From: Octopus vulgaris
Lineage: Eukaryota
Direction: 5' to 3'
Length of the DNA: 64,000 nt
Assembly: GCA_951406725.2 (NCBI GenBank)
Contig: OX597840.1
Location: forward strand, 35,278,001-35,342,000
In this document: positions 26,803-40,365 of the stretch, one piece after another
Numbering within the stretch: the first letter of the stretch is position 1
How the letters are laid out: every line of letters starts with the position of its first letter
Made by a program: the position numbers and the translations under genes
Notes under the pieces: generated by a model
The model's database searches: none
What the model was told of the DNA's origin: nothing
The model's input: the letters and a program-made list of their open reading frames with translations, nothing else

Positions 26803-27215
26803 AGGCGGCAAGCTGGCAGAATCGTTAGCACGTCGGGTGAAATGCTTAGAGGTATTTCGTCTGCCATTACGTTCTGAGTTCAAATTATGCCGATGTCGAC
26901 TTTGCCTTTCATCCTTTTGGGGTCGATAAATTAAGTACCAGTTATGCACTGGGGTCCATATAATCGACTTTTTCCGTTTGTCTGTCCTTGTTTGTCCCCT
27001 CTGTGTTTAGCCCCTTGTGGGTAGTAAAGAAATAGGTATTTCGTCTGCCATTACGTTCTGAGTTCAAATTACACCGATGTCGTCTTTGCCTTTCATCCTT
27101 TTGGGGTCGATAAATTAAGTACCAGTTCCGCACTGGAGTCACTATAATCGACTTAATCCGTTTGTCTGTCCTTGTTTGTCCCCTCTGTGTGTAGCCCCTT
27201 GTGGGTAGTAAAAAA
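26803..27215 (+). mobile_element. SINE family A with tandem-duplicated body
   Basis: Head at 26803; second unit starts at ~27035. Confidence 0.9.
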
Positions 27216-27716
27216 GTAGAATAGATAGGCTGATAGACACAGAAAGAGTGACAGATAGACAGACAGACTGACTAATATACATATAGAGAGACTCATAGTA
27301 AGACAGACAGACGGTTAGACAAGGTTTAGTGATAGGAAGGGAAACAGCATCACCACTACCACCACCACCACCACCACCACCATTTACTGTCCATTCATTT
27401 TCTATACTGGCATGTTATGGATGTTTTGACAGGAGCTGGCAAGCCAGAAGACTGCCCTTGGCTCCATTGTCTGTTTTGGCAGGGTTTCTACAGACAGGTG
27501 CCCTTCATAATGGCAACCACTTTACAGTGTGGACACGATGCTTTTTACATGGCACCAGCACCAGTGAGGCCAGCTTTGGCATGGTTTTTACAGCTGGATG
27601 TCCTTATAGCGATTGTCAGGAAGTGGCACCCTATAATTTTTGTAATTCCATGCAAGAAAGAGGGGTCACCATCTTGTACGTAAACGACAAGAAAATAAGA
27701 ATTTGTAAGACGTTTG

Positions 27717-28066
27717 GGATCTTTTCCTTTTGATGGACAGAATTCAACCAAATTTCTAAACGATTTGAAACTTAGTATACTGGTAGAATGTTTCAAAAGA
27801 AAACATTATTTTCACTTGGCTTTTTTGAGAAAATTGTAATTTGTAAGTTTAACATAGTTTAATTCTTCGAATTTTAACCAATGAATTGCCAGCATTTGAG
27901 CTCAAATCATTTGCTGCGTCTAAAAACTTACAAATTACAATTTTCTCAAAAAAGCCAAGTGAAAATAATGTTTTCTTTTGACACATTCTACCAGTATACA
28001 AAGTTTAAAAGTGTTTAGTTACCTAGAAATTGGGTTGAATTCTGGCTATCAAAAGGAAAAGATCCG
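27717..28066. mobile_element. MITE with about 135-bp terminal inverted repeats
   Basis: ggatcttttccttttgat... versus ...atcaaaaggaaaagatcc; related pieces at ~23595-23750 and ~42950-43335. Confidence 0.85.
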
Positions 28067-28321
28067 ATGTTTGAAATAAGTCATAACTTATTTATTACTG
28101 GATGTAATTCGTTAACATATAAGGCTAATTGAAGGAAAAGCTTCTAACACCACATGAGCATATTTTGCTACCACATGTCTCAAAGCAAATAAGGCAAACA
28201 TCTGCACATGTGGGTTTGCATGCGAGTGGCGTGACTCAATGCATGTCCAGGAACCGACAGACAAGTGTGGTGCAAAATTAGAAATGTGTTCCTTTATATA
28301 AGGGATGAACTAGAAGTCCCA

Positions 28322-28625
28322 GTGGAGGCACATGGCCTAGTGGTTAGAGCAGCAGACTCGCGGTCGAGGGATCACGGGTTCGAATCTCAGACCAGGCGAT
28401 GTGTGTGTTTATGAGCGACACACAAGCTCCATGTGGATCCAGCAGAAGGTAATGGCGAACTTCTGCTGACACTTTCGCCACAACTTTCTCTCACTCTTTC
28501 TTCCTGCATCTTGCAGCTCACCTGCGACGGACCGGTGTCCCATCCAGGTGGGGAACCTATACGCCAAGGAAACCGGGAAACCGGCCCTTATGAGCCAGGC
28601 GTGGTGCGAAAAGGATCAAACAAAA
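28322..28625 (+). mobile_element. SINE family B, full length (tRNA-Arg-like head)
   Basis: tggcctagtggttagagc..gactcgcg..ggttcgaatctc; copies at 54697-55330. Confidence 0.9.
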
Positions 28626-28656
28626 CCCTGACTTCCACATCATCTAGAAGTTAATT

Positions 28657-28691
28657 GGAAGCTTCTAGAATGTTCAAGAATTTTCGAGAAG
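28657..28691. promoter_or_regulatory. Perfect 7-unit heat-shock element (inverted nGAAn array)
   Basis: gGAAgcTTCtaGAAtgTTCaaGAAttTTCgaGAAg. The motif is exact; function is untested. Confidence 0.6.
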
Positions 28692-29177
28692 GTCGAGGGA
28701 GATTACTCTCGTTAAATCCCTTTTTCGTTTTGCTTTCCTGCTTGACCGCCAAGGGTCACTACACCCATCTTAATGCTGACCACTTTAGAAAATGGGCCTA
28801 GGTGCATTTTATGTGGCACCAGCACTAGTGAGGTTTTCTTTGGTACAGGTTTTCACAATTAGATACCCTTCCAAATGCCAACCATTTTACAGTGTGGCCT
28901 GGATGCATCTGACCGTCAAAACAATGCCACCATAACCCCAAAATAATAATGATGATCATAATCATCATCATCATTATCATCATCATTATCATTGTTTAAC
29001 ATCTGCCTTCCATGCCGGCATGGGTTGGATGGTTTGACACATTGTTTAAGATACTGTACAGTGGAACTGAACCTGAGACTACATGGCTGGGAAGCCAGCT
29101 TCTTAACCCCTCAGCCACACCCTGCATTTAATTCTCACACAAAAATTGTGGTTCTGTGCTATTCTGAGATTTCAGAG

Positions 29178-29370
29178 ACATCATCATCATCATCATCCTT
29201 GTTTAACGTCGGTTTTCCATGCTGGCATGGGATGGACGGTTTGACATGGAGCTGGTTAGCAGGGAGCTGTTCGGACTCCAACAGTCTGTTGTGGCACAGT
29301 TTCTATGTCTGGGTGCCCTTCCTAATGCCAACCACTTAATAGCATGCTGGGTGCTTTTTTTATGTGTCAC
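29178..29370 (-). mobile_element. RTE 3' end abutting the satellite
   Basis: (CAT)n, gtttaacgtc..ttttccatgctggcatggg..gcccttcctaatgccaaccac..gggtgctttt. Confidence 0.8.
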
Positions 29371-29374
29371 TGTC

Positions 29375-32300
29375 TTGAGTGTATTTATGCAGCACTGGGA
29401 CGGGTGCATTTATGGAACACTGGCAGGGGTGCACATATGCAGCACTGACACAATTGCGTTTACAGAGCACTGGCACAGGTGTGTTTACGGAACACTGCTA
29501 GGGGTGCATTAACACAGCACTGGCAGTGGTGCACATATGCAGCACTGACACAATTGCATTAATACCGAACTGGCACGTGTGCGTTTACAGAGCACTGGCA
29601 CAGGTGTGTTTACGGAACACTGCTAGGGGTGCATTAACACAGCACTGGCAGTGGTGCATTTAAGCAGCACTGACACAATTGCATTAATACCGAACTGGCA
29701 CGTGTGCGTTTACAGAGCACTGGCACAGGTGTGTTTACGGAACACTGCTAGGGGTGCATTAACACAGCACTGGCAGTGGTGCATTTAACAGCACTGACAC
29801 AATTGCATTAATACCGAACTGGCACGTGTGCGTTTACAGAGCACTGGCACAGGTGTGTTTACGGAACACTGCTAGGGGTGCATTAACACAGCACTGGCAG
29901 TGGTGCATTTAAGCAGCACTGACACAATTGCATTAATACCGAACTGGCACGTGTGCGTTTACAGAGCACTGGCACAGGTGTGTTTACGGAACACTGCTAG
30001 TGGTGCATTAACACAGCACTGGCAGTGGTGCATTTAAGCAGCACTGACACAATTGCATTAATACCGAACTGGCACGTGTGCGTTTACAGAGCACTGGCAC
30101 AGGTGTGTTTACGGAACACTGCTAGGGGTGCATTAACACAGCACTGGCAGTGGTGCATTTATGGAGCACTGACACAATTGCATTAATACCGAACTGGCAC
30201 GTGTGCGTTTACAGAGCACTGGCACAGGTGTGTTTATGGAACACTGCTAGGGGTGCATTAACACAGCACTGGCAGTGGTGCATTTAAGCAGCACTGACAC
30301 AATTGCATTAATACCGAACTGGCACGTGTGCGTTTACAGAGCACTGGCACAGGTGTGTTTACGGAACACTGCTAGGGGTGCATTAAACACAGCACTGGCA
30401 GTGGTGCATTTAAGCAGCACTGACACAATTGCATTAATACCGAACTGGCACGTGTGCGTTTACAGAGCACTGGCACAGGTGTGTTTACGGAACACTGCTA
30501 GGGGTGCATTAACACAGCACTGGCAGTGGTGCATTTAAGCAGCACTGACACAATTGCATTAATACCGAACTGGCACGTGTGCGTTTACAGAGCACTGGCA
30601 CAGGTGTGTTTACGGAACACTGCTAGGGGTGCATTAACACAGCACTGGCAGTGGTGCATTTAAGCAGCACTGACACAATTGCATTAATACCGAACTGGCA
30701 CGTGTGCGTTTACAGAGCACTGGCACAGGTGTGTTTACGGAACACTGCTAGGGGTGCATTAACACAGCACTGGCAGTGGTGCATTTAAGCAGCACTGACA
30801 CAATTGCATTAATACCGAACTGGCACGTGTGCGTTTACAGAGCACTGGCACAGGTGTGTTTACGGAACACTGCTAGGGGTGCATTAACACAGCACTGGCA
30901 GTGGTGCATTTAAGCAGCACTGACACAATTGCATTAATACCGAACTGGCACGTGTGCGTTTACAGAGCACTGGCACAGGTGTGTTTATGGAACACTGCTA
31001 GGGGTGCATTAACACAGCACTGGCAGTGGTGCATTTAAGCAGCACTGACACAATTGCATTAATACCGAACTGGCACGTGTGCGTTTACAGAGCACTGGCA
31101 CAGGTGTGTTTACGGAACACTGCTAGGGGTGCATTAACACAGCACTGGCAGTGGTGCATTTAAGCAGCACTGACACAATTGCATTAATACCGAACTGGCA
31201 CGTGTGCGTTTACAGAGCACTGGCACAGGTGTGTTTACGGAACACTGCTAGGGGTGCATTAACACAGCACTGGCAGTGGTGCATTTAAGCAGCACTGACA
31301 CAATTGCATTAATACCGAACTGGCACGTGTGCGTTTACAGAGCACTGGCACAGGTGTGTTTACGGAACACTGCTAGGGGTGCATTAACACAGCACTGGCA
31401 GTGGTGCATTTAAGCAGCACTGACACAATTGCATTAATACCGAACTGGCACGTGTGCGTTTACAGAGCACTGGCACAGGTGTGTTTACGGAACACTGCTA
31501 GGGGTGCATTAACACAGCACTGGCAGTGGTGCATTTATGGAGCACTGACACAATTGCATTAATACCGAACTGGCACGTGTGCGTTTACAGAGCACTGGCA
31601 CAGGTGTGTTTACGGAACACTGCTAGGGGTGCATTAACACAGCACTGGCAGTGGTGCATTTAAGCAGCACTGACACAATTGCATTAATACCGAACTGGCA
31701 CGTGTGCGTTTACAGAGCACTGGCACAGGTGTGTTTACGGAACACTGCTAGGGGTGCATTAACACAGCACTGGCAGTGGTGCATTTATGGCAGCACTGAC
31801 ACAATTGCATTAATACCGAACTGGCACGTGTGCGTTTACAGAGCACTGGCACAGGTGTGTTTACGGAACACTGCTAGGGGTGCATTAACACAGCACTGGC
31901 AGTGGTGCATTTATGGAGCACTGACACAATTGCATTAATACCGAACTGGCACGTGTGCGTTTACAGAGCACTGGCACAGGTGTGTTTACGGAACACTGCT
32001 AGGGGTGCATTAACACAGCACTGGCAGTGGTGCATTTATGGAGCACTGACACAATTGCATTAATACCGAACTGGCACGTGTGCGTTTACAGAGCACTGGC
32101 ACAGGTGTGTTTACGGAACACTGCTAGGGGTGCATTAACACAGCACTGGCAGTGGTGCATTTAAGCAGCACTGACACAATTGCATTAATACCGAACTGGC
32201 ACGTGTGCGTTTACAGAGCACTGGCACAGGTGTGTTTACGGAACACTGCTAGGGGTGCATTAACACAGCACTGGCAGTGGTGCATTTAAGCAGCACTGAC

Positions 32301-35300
32301 ACAATTGCATTAATACCGAACTGGCACGTGTGCGTTTACAGAGCACTGGCACAGGTGTGTTTACGGAACACTGCTAGGGGTGCATTAACACAGCACTGGC
32401 AGTGGTGCATTTAAGCAGCACTGACACAATTGCATTAATACCGAACTGGCACGTGTGCGTTTACAGAGCACTGGCACAGGTGTGTTTACGGAACACTGCT
32501 AGGGGTGCATTAACACAGCACTGGCAGTGGTGCATTTAAGCAGCACTGACACAATTGCATTAATACCGAACTGGCACGTGTGCGTTTACAGAGCACTGGC
32601 ACAGGTGTGTTTACGGAACACTGCTAGGGGTGCATTAACACAGCACTGGCAGTGGTGCATTTAAGCAGCACTGACACAATTGCATTAATACCGAACTGGC
32701 ACGTGTGCGTTTACAGAGCACTGGCACAGGTGTGTTTACGGAACACTGCTAGGGGTGCATTAACACAGCACTGGCAGTGGTGCATTTATGGAGCACTGAC
32801 ACAATTGCATTAATACCGAACTGGCACGTGTGCGTTTACAGAGCACTGGCACAGGTGTGTTTACGGAACACTGCTAGGGGTGCATTAACACAGCACTGGC
32901 AGTGGTGCATTTAAGCAGCACTGACACAATTGCATTAATACCGAACTGGCACGTGTGCGTTTACAGAGCACTGGCACAGGTATGTTTACGGAACACTGCT
33001 AGGGGTGCATTAACACAGCACTGGCAGTGGTGCACATTATGCAGCACTGACACAATTGCATTAATACCGAACTGGCACGTGTGCGTTTACAGAGCACTGG
33101 CACAGGTGTGTTTACGGAACACTGCTAGGGGTGCATTAACACAGCACTGGCAGTGGTGCATTTATGCAGCACTGACACAATTGCATTAATACCGAACTGG
33201 CACGTGTGCGTTTACAGAGCACTGGCACAGGTGTGTTTACGGAACACTGCTAGGGGTGCATTAACACAGCACTGGCAGTGGTGCATTTAAGCAGCACTGA
33301 CACAATTGCATTAATACCGAACTGGCACGTGTGCGTTTACAGAGCACTGGCACAGGTGTGTTTACGGAACACTGCTAGGGGTGCATTAACACAGCACTGG
33401 CAGTGGTGCATTTATGGAGCACTGACACAATTGCATTAATACCGAACTGGCACGTGTGCGTTTACAGAGCACTGGCACAGGTGTGTTTACGGAACACTGC
33501 TAGGGGTGCATTAACACAGCACTGGCAGTGGTGCATTTATGCAGCACTGACACAATTGCATTAATACCGAACTGGCACGTGTGCGTTTACAGAGCACTGG
33601 CACAGGTGTGTTTACGGAACACTGCTAGGGGTGCATTAACACAGCACTGGCAGTGGTGCATTTAAGCAGCACTGACACAATTGCATTAATACCGAACTGG
33701 CACGTGTGCGTTTACAGAGCACTGGCACAGGTGTGTTTACGGAACACTGCTAGGGGTGCATTAACACAGCACTGGCAGTGGTGCATTTAAGCAGCACTGA
33801 CACAATTGCATTAATACCGAACTGGCACGTGTGCGTTTACAGAGCACTGGCACAGGTGTGTTTACGGAACACTGCTAGGGGTGCATTAACACAGCACTGG
33901 CAGTGGTGCATTTAAGCAGCACTGACACAATTGCATTAATACCGAACTGGCACGTGTGCGTTTACAGAGCACTGGCACAGGTGTGTTTACGGAACACTGC
34001 TAGGGGTGCATTAACACAGCACTGGCAGTGGTGCATTTAAGCAGCACTGACACAATTGCATTAATACCGAACTGGCACGTGTGCGTTTACAGAGCACTGG
34101 CACAGGTGTGTTTACGGAACACTGCTAGGGGTGCATTAACACAGCACTGGCAGTGGTGCATTTAAGCAGCACTGACACAATTGCATTAATACCGAACTGG
34201 CACGTGTGCGTTTACAGAGCACTGGCACAGGTGTGTTTACGGAACACTGCTAGGGGTGCATTAACACAGCACTGGCAGTGGTGCATTTAAGCAGCACTGA
34301 CACAATTGCATTAATACCGAACTGGCACGTGTGCGTTTACAGAGCACTGGCACAGGTGTTTGCACGGAACACTGCTAGGGGTGCATTAACACAGCACTGG
34401 CAGTGGTGCATTTAAGCAGCACTGACACAATTGCATTAATACCGAACTGGCACGTGTGCGTTTACAGAGCACTGGCACAGGTGTGTTTACGGAACACTGC
34501 TAGGGGTGCATTAACACAGCACTGGCAGTGGTGCATTTAAGCAGCACTGACACAATTGCATTAATACCGAACTGGCACGTGTGCGTTTACAGAGCACTGG
34601 CACAGGTGTGTTACGGAACACTGCTAGGGGTGCATTAACACAGCACTGGCAGTGGTGCATTTATGGAGCACTGACACAATTGCATTAATACCGAACTGGC
34701 ACGTGTGCGTTTACAGAGCACTGGCACAGGTGTGTTTACGGAACACTGCTAGGGGTGCATTAACACAGCACTGGCAGTGGTGCATTTATGCAGCACTGAC
34801 ACAATTGCATTAATACCGAACTGGCACGTGTGCGTTTACAGAGCACTGGCACAGGTGTGTTTACGGAACACTGCTAGGGGTGCATTAACACAGCACTGGC
34901 AGTGGTGCATTTATGGAGCACTGACACAATTGCATTAATACCGAACTGGCACGTGTGCGTTTACAGAGCACTGGCACAGGTGTGTTTACGGAACACTGCT
35001 AGGGGTGCATTAACACAGCACTGGCAGTGGTGCATTTATGGAGCACTGACACAATTGCATTAATACCGAACTGGCACGTGTGCGTTTACAGAGCACTGGC
35101 ACAGGTGTGTTTACGGAACACTGCTAGGGGTGCATTAACACAGCACTGGCAGTGGTGCATTTATGGAGCACTGACACAATTGCATTAATACCGAACTGGC
35201 ACGTGTGCGTTTACAGAGCACTGGCACAGGTGTGTTTACGGAACACTGCTAGGGGTGCATTAACACAGCACTGGCAGTGGTGCATTTAAGCAGCACTGAC

Positions 35301-36920
35301 ACAATTGCATTAATACCGAACTGGCACGTGTGCGTTTACAGAGCACTGGCACAGGTGTGTTTACGGAACACTGCTAGGGGTGCATTAACACAGCACTGGC
35401 AGTGGTGCATTTATGGAGCACTGACACAATTGCATTAATACCGAACTGGCACGTGTGCGTTTACAGAGCACTGGCACAGGTGTGTTTACGGAACACTGCT
35501 AGGGGTGCATTAACACAGCACTGGCAGTGGTGCATTTAAGCAGCACTGACACAATTGCATTAATACCGAACTGGCACGTGTGCGTTTACAGAGCACTGGC
35601 ACAGGTGTGTTTACGGAACACTGCTAGGGGTGCATTAACACAGCACTGACAGGGGTGCATTTAAGCAGCACTGACACAATTGCATTAATACCGAACTGGC
35701 ACGTGTGCGTTTACAGAGCACTGGCACAGGTGTGTTTACGGAACACTGCTAGGGGTGCATTAACACAGCACTGGCAGTGGTGCACATATGCAGCACTGAC
35801 ACAATTGCATTAATACCGAACTGGCACGTGTGCGTTTACAGAGCACTGGCACAGGTGTGTTTACGGAACACTGCTAGGGGTGCATTAACACAGCACTGGC
35901 AGTGGTGCATTTAAGCAGCACTGACACAATTGCATTAATACCGAACTGGCACGTGTGCGTTTACAGAGCACTGGCACAGGTGTGTTTATGGAACACTGCT
36001 AGGGGTGCATTAACACAGCACTGGCAGTGGTGCATTTAAGCAGCACTGACACAATTGCATTAATACCGAACTGGCACGTGTGCGTTTACAGAGCACTGGC
36101 ACAGGTGTGTTTACGGAACACTGCTAGGGGTGCATTAACACAGCACTGGCAGTGGTGCATTTAAGCAGCACTGACACAATTGCATTAATACCGAACTGGC
36201 ACGTGTGCGTTTACAGAGCACTGGCACAGGTGTGTTTACGGAACACTGCTAGGGGTGCATTAACACAGCACTGGCAGTGGTGCATTTAAGCAGCACTGAC
36301 ACAATTGCATTAATACCGAACTGGCACGTGTGCGTTTACAGAGCACTGGCACAGGTGTGTTTACGGAACACTGCTAGGGGTGCATTAACACAGCACTGGC
36401 AGTGGTGCATTTATGGAGCACTGACACAATTGCATTAATACCGAACTGGCACGTGTGCGTTTACAGAGCACTGGCACAGGTGTGTTTACGGAACACTGCT
36501 AGGGGTGCATTAACACAGCACTGGCAGTGGTGCATTTAAGCAGCACTGACACAATTGCATTAATACCGAACTGGCACGTGTGCGTTTACAGAGCACTGGC
36601 ACAGGTGTGTTTACGGAACACTGCTAGGGGTGCATTAACACAGCACTGGCAGGGTGCATTTAAGCAGCACTGACACAATTGCATTAATACCGAACTGGCA
36701 CGTGTGCGTTTACAGAGCACTGGCACAGGTGTGTTTACGGAACACTGCTAGGGGTGCATTAACACAGCACTGGCAGTGGTGCACATATGCAGCACTGACA
36801 CAGGTGCATTTATGCAGCACTGCCAGGAGTGTGCTTATGCAGCACTAGCACAAGTGCATTTACAGAGCATTGTCACGGCTGCATTTATGGAGCACTCACA
36901 GTTGCATTAAGACAGCACTG
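29375..36920. repeat. 125-bp satellite (5 x 25-bp higher-order repeat), about 58-59 near-identical copies with degenerate 25-mers at both edges
   Basis: Unit agcactgacacaattgcattaatac cgaactggcacgtgtgcgtttacag agcactggcacaggtgtgtttacgg aacactgctaggggtgcattaacac agcactggcagtggtgcatttaagc; period read from 30541 to 30666. Confidence 0.98.
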
Positions 36921-37005
36921 AGTGTGTGTGTGAGAGTGTGTGTGTGTGTGTGTGTATGCGTGTGTGAATGTGTGTGTGTGTGTATGCGTGTGTGAGTGTG
37001 TGTGA

Positions 37006-37096
<91 letters not shown>

Positions 37097-37105
37097 TGTG
37101 AGTGT

Positions 37106-37153
<48 letters not shown>

Positions 37154-37443
37154 GTGAGTGTGTGTGAGTGTGTGTGTGCATATCAATGTATGTGTATGCA
37201 TGTATTACTATGTTTGTGTATGTTCATGTGTGTATTATTACGTGCGTATGTGCATCTTAATGTGTTAGTGTGTGTGAATGTGTGTTAATGACTTCACGAA
37301 TGCGTGTGTATGTGTGTGTGTGTTAATGTGTTCGTGTGTGTTGAGGATTTAATGAATGTACGTGAGTACGCATTAACTTTTGTGTGTATGCATGGGTACA
37401 TGTGTGTGAGTATCCGTTAATGTAAGAGTGTGTGTGTGTACAT

Positions 37444-37498
<55 letters not shown>

Positions 37499-37500
37499 GG
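36921..37500. repeat. (GT)n microsatellite
   Basis: Direct reading. Confidence 0.95.
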
Positions 37501-37534
37501 AATTATCAGTTACAAACAAAAACACACACACATA

Positions 37535-37697
37535 GGCATGGATATGGCTGTGTGGTAAGTAGCTTGTTTACCAACCACATGGTTCCTGGTTCAGTCCCAC
37601 TGTGTGGCACCCTGGGCAAGTGTCTTCTACTATAGTCTCGGGCCGACCAAAGCCTTGTGAGTAGATTTGGTAGACGGAAACCGAAAGAAGCCCATCG

Positions 37698-37734
<37 letters not shown>

Positions 37735-37945
37735 ATTTGTATGTGAGTCTGTCCTTGTCCTCCCTACCATCGCTTGACAACAGATGTTGGTGTGTTTACG
37801 TCCCCATAACTTAGCGGTTCAGCAAAAGACACCGATAGAATAAGTACTAGGCTTACAAAGAATAAGTCCTCGGGGTCGATTTGTTCGACTAAAGGCAGTG
37901 CTCCAGCATGGCCGCAGTCAAATAACTGAAACAAGTAAATGAATA
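37535..37945 (+). mobile_element. SINE family C
   Basis: Family match over the full length. Confidence 0.9.
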
Positions 37946-38154
37946 AATGAACACACATACACACACACACACACACACACATGCATGTACATATACACAC
38001 ACGCTTATGTTGCAACTAACAAAAACAAAACAATAAAACATATGTACATACACACACGTTGACACAGATATACACAATATACATCATGCAAACACACACA
38101 CACACACACACACACACCAATGCCAGTATCGAAAAACACCAAAATGATTTCTGC

Positions 38155-38650
38155 TACAACCACCACCACCACCACCACCACCACCACCACCACCACCACC
38201 ACCGCCACCACCACCACCACCACCATTATCACTATAATGATGACAACAACAATGATGATGACGATGATGATGACGATGATGATGACGATGATGATGACAA
38301 TGCCGGCGCCACCAACAACTACCACCACAACCACAACCACCACTACCACCACTACTACTGCCACCACCACCACAACCACTACTACTACTGCTACCACCAC
38401 CATAACCACTACTACTACTACCACCACTGCCACTACTACCACAGCCACCACCACCACTACTACTACTGCTACCACCACCACCACCACTACTACTACCACC
38501 ACTGCTACCACTACCACAACCACCACCACCACCACTACTACTACTACCACCACTGCTACCACTACCACAACCACCACCACCACTACTACTACTACTACTA
38601 CTGCCACCACAACCATCACCACCACCACCAATGTGACTACTACCACCACC
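38155..38650. repeat. (CAC/GAT/CTA)n microsatellite
   Basis: Direct reading. Confidence 0.93.
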
Positions 38651-38699
38651 TCTATCCCCGCCACCCTAACCCTCAAATGAATAAACAAGCAACAATGTA

Positions 38700-39208
38700 A
38701 CTCTTTCCGCTACTCCTCTACCCCTGCCACTCCACCACCAAATATCTCTCCATACTCTCCACACCTTTCCTTCACATCCCTCATACCTCCATATACTCTC
38801 CTCCTCCCCACACTCCCTATTCTTCCCTACTCTTTCATATCTCTCCCTTCCACCTACTTTCCTCTCCTATCTCTATACTCTCCCCTCCACTCTTCCCACC
38901 ACCTCCTATCGCCATACTCTCACCTTCCCCCTCCCCTCTCCTTCACATTTCCATACTTCCCCTCCTCTTTCCCATCCCCTCCTATCTCCATACTCTCCCC
39001 TACACCTTCCCACCCCTCCTATCGCCATACTCTCACCTTTCCCCTTCCCTCCCCTTCACATTTCCATACTTTCCCTCCTCCTCTCTCCATACTCTCCACT
39101 CCTCCCTTCCCTCACCTCTTATCTCCATGCTCTGCACTCCTCCTTACTCCTTCCCCACGCACCCCTTACTCTCCTTTTACCCCCCACTTGACCTCTCCCC
39201 CTCCTCCT
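38700..39208. repeat. Pyrimidine-rich low-complexity tract with recurring ccatactctcc
   Basis: Direct reading. Confidence 0.85.
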
Positions 39209-39591
39209 GTCAAAATAAAAATACAAACATATTGAAGTGGAACAATAAAAGGCAAATACAAGCATTTAAAAACCAATTACACGCAGCCACGGCTGTCTGT
39301 GTGTCCACATGTATGTATAGTCTCTTCTGTCTTTAATTACTTGGAGCCTTCCTGTTAGGAAGGAGCTGGTTTCTAACAAAGATATGAAACTCCATTACTG
39401 GAATGTAGAGAATGAAAACAATGTCACATTCTGAACTTGAGAAAAGTCTTACATATTTTTATTGTTCCACTTACAGATTATGCTTTATAATGCGTGTTAG
39501 TTGTTTGGTTTCTTTTTCAGAAAACCCCCAGCTTTTCTAGATTGTTGCTTAGACATTTACTTATGAAACCATGTGTATCATTTATTGTTTG

Positions 39592-40365
39592 TAGAAATGC
39601 TGGATATGAGAAGCATTGGATGTGGTGTGCAAGAGAGACGTCTGCGCTGGTATGGTCATGTGCTGCTGATGGATGAGGAGAGATGTGTGAAGAAGTGCCA
39701 CTCCCAAACGGTTGAAGGAATCCGGGGTAGAGGTAGACCCAGGAAGACATGGGATGAGGTGGTCAAGCATGACCTTCGAACATTGGGCCTCGCAGAGGCA
39801 ATGACGAAAGACCGAGACCTCTGGAGATATGCTGTGACTGCGAAGACCCGACAAATAATGTGAGTTCATGGCTGTTTCCTGCACCAGCTTCACATAGAAT
39901 CCCCAGCCCATCCAAAGTACCTTGGATTGCAGGACGGCCTGCTGTGCTTACCTGGGATCATAGGGCCTCCTGCTGTGCTTGAGGAGACCTATTGAGTCAA
40001 GTACATCAACATCAAAAAATCAAATGGAAATTGTATTTGTGATACCTGTGCCGGTGGCATGTAAAAAGCACCATCTGAACATGGCCAATGCCAGCGCCGC
40101 CTTGACTGGCTTCTGTGCTGGTGGCACGTAAAAAGCACCAACCGATTGTGGCCATTGCCAGCCTCCCCTGGCACCTGTGCCGGTGGCACATAAAAAGCAC
40201 CCACTACACTCTCAGAGTGGTTGGCATTAGGAAGGGCATCCAGCTGTAGAAACACTGCCAGATCAGACTGGAGCCTGGTGCAGCCTCCTAGTTTCTCAGA
40301 CCCCGGCTGAACCGTCCAACCCATGCTAGCATGGAGAACGGACGTTAAACGATGATGATGATGAT
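39592..40365 (+). mobile_element. 5'-truncated RTE (BovB-like) LINE: ORF C-terminus, 3' UTR and (GAT)n tail
   Basis: RRLRWYGHV..RGRGRPRKTW..DRDLWR, then about 500 bp UTR ending gttaaacgatgatgat. Confidence 0.92.

Larger units (their letters stand above)
27662..28763 (-). mobile_element. Probable 5' LTR plus PBS of an LTR (Gypsy-like) retrotransposon, interrupted by a MITE and a SINE
   Basis: On minus: TGTA start at 28763, HSE, TATATAAA ~28295, AATAAA ~28092, TACA end at 27675, then TGGTGACCCC, complementary to the tRNA-Trp 3' end. Confidence 0.55.

Noticed and set aside
28322-28400. tRNA-Arg gene
   Set aside because: The tRNA-like head continues into a SINE body present in several diverged copies.
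29375-36920. Repetitive protein-coding gene in the satellite
   Set aside because: 125 is not divisible by 3 and stops recur; the listed ORFs extend only across indel-bearing units or the array edge.
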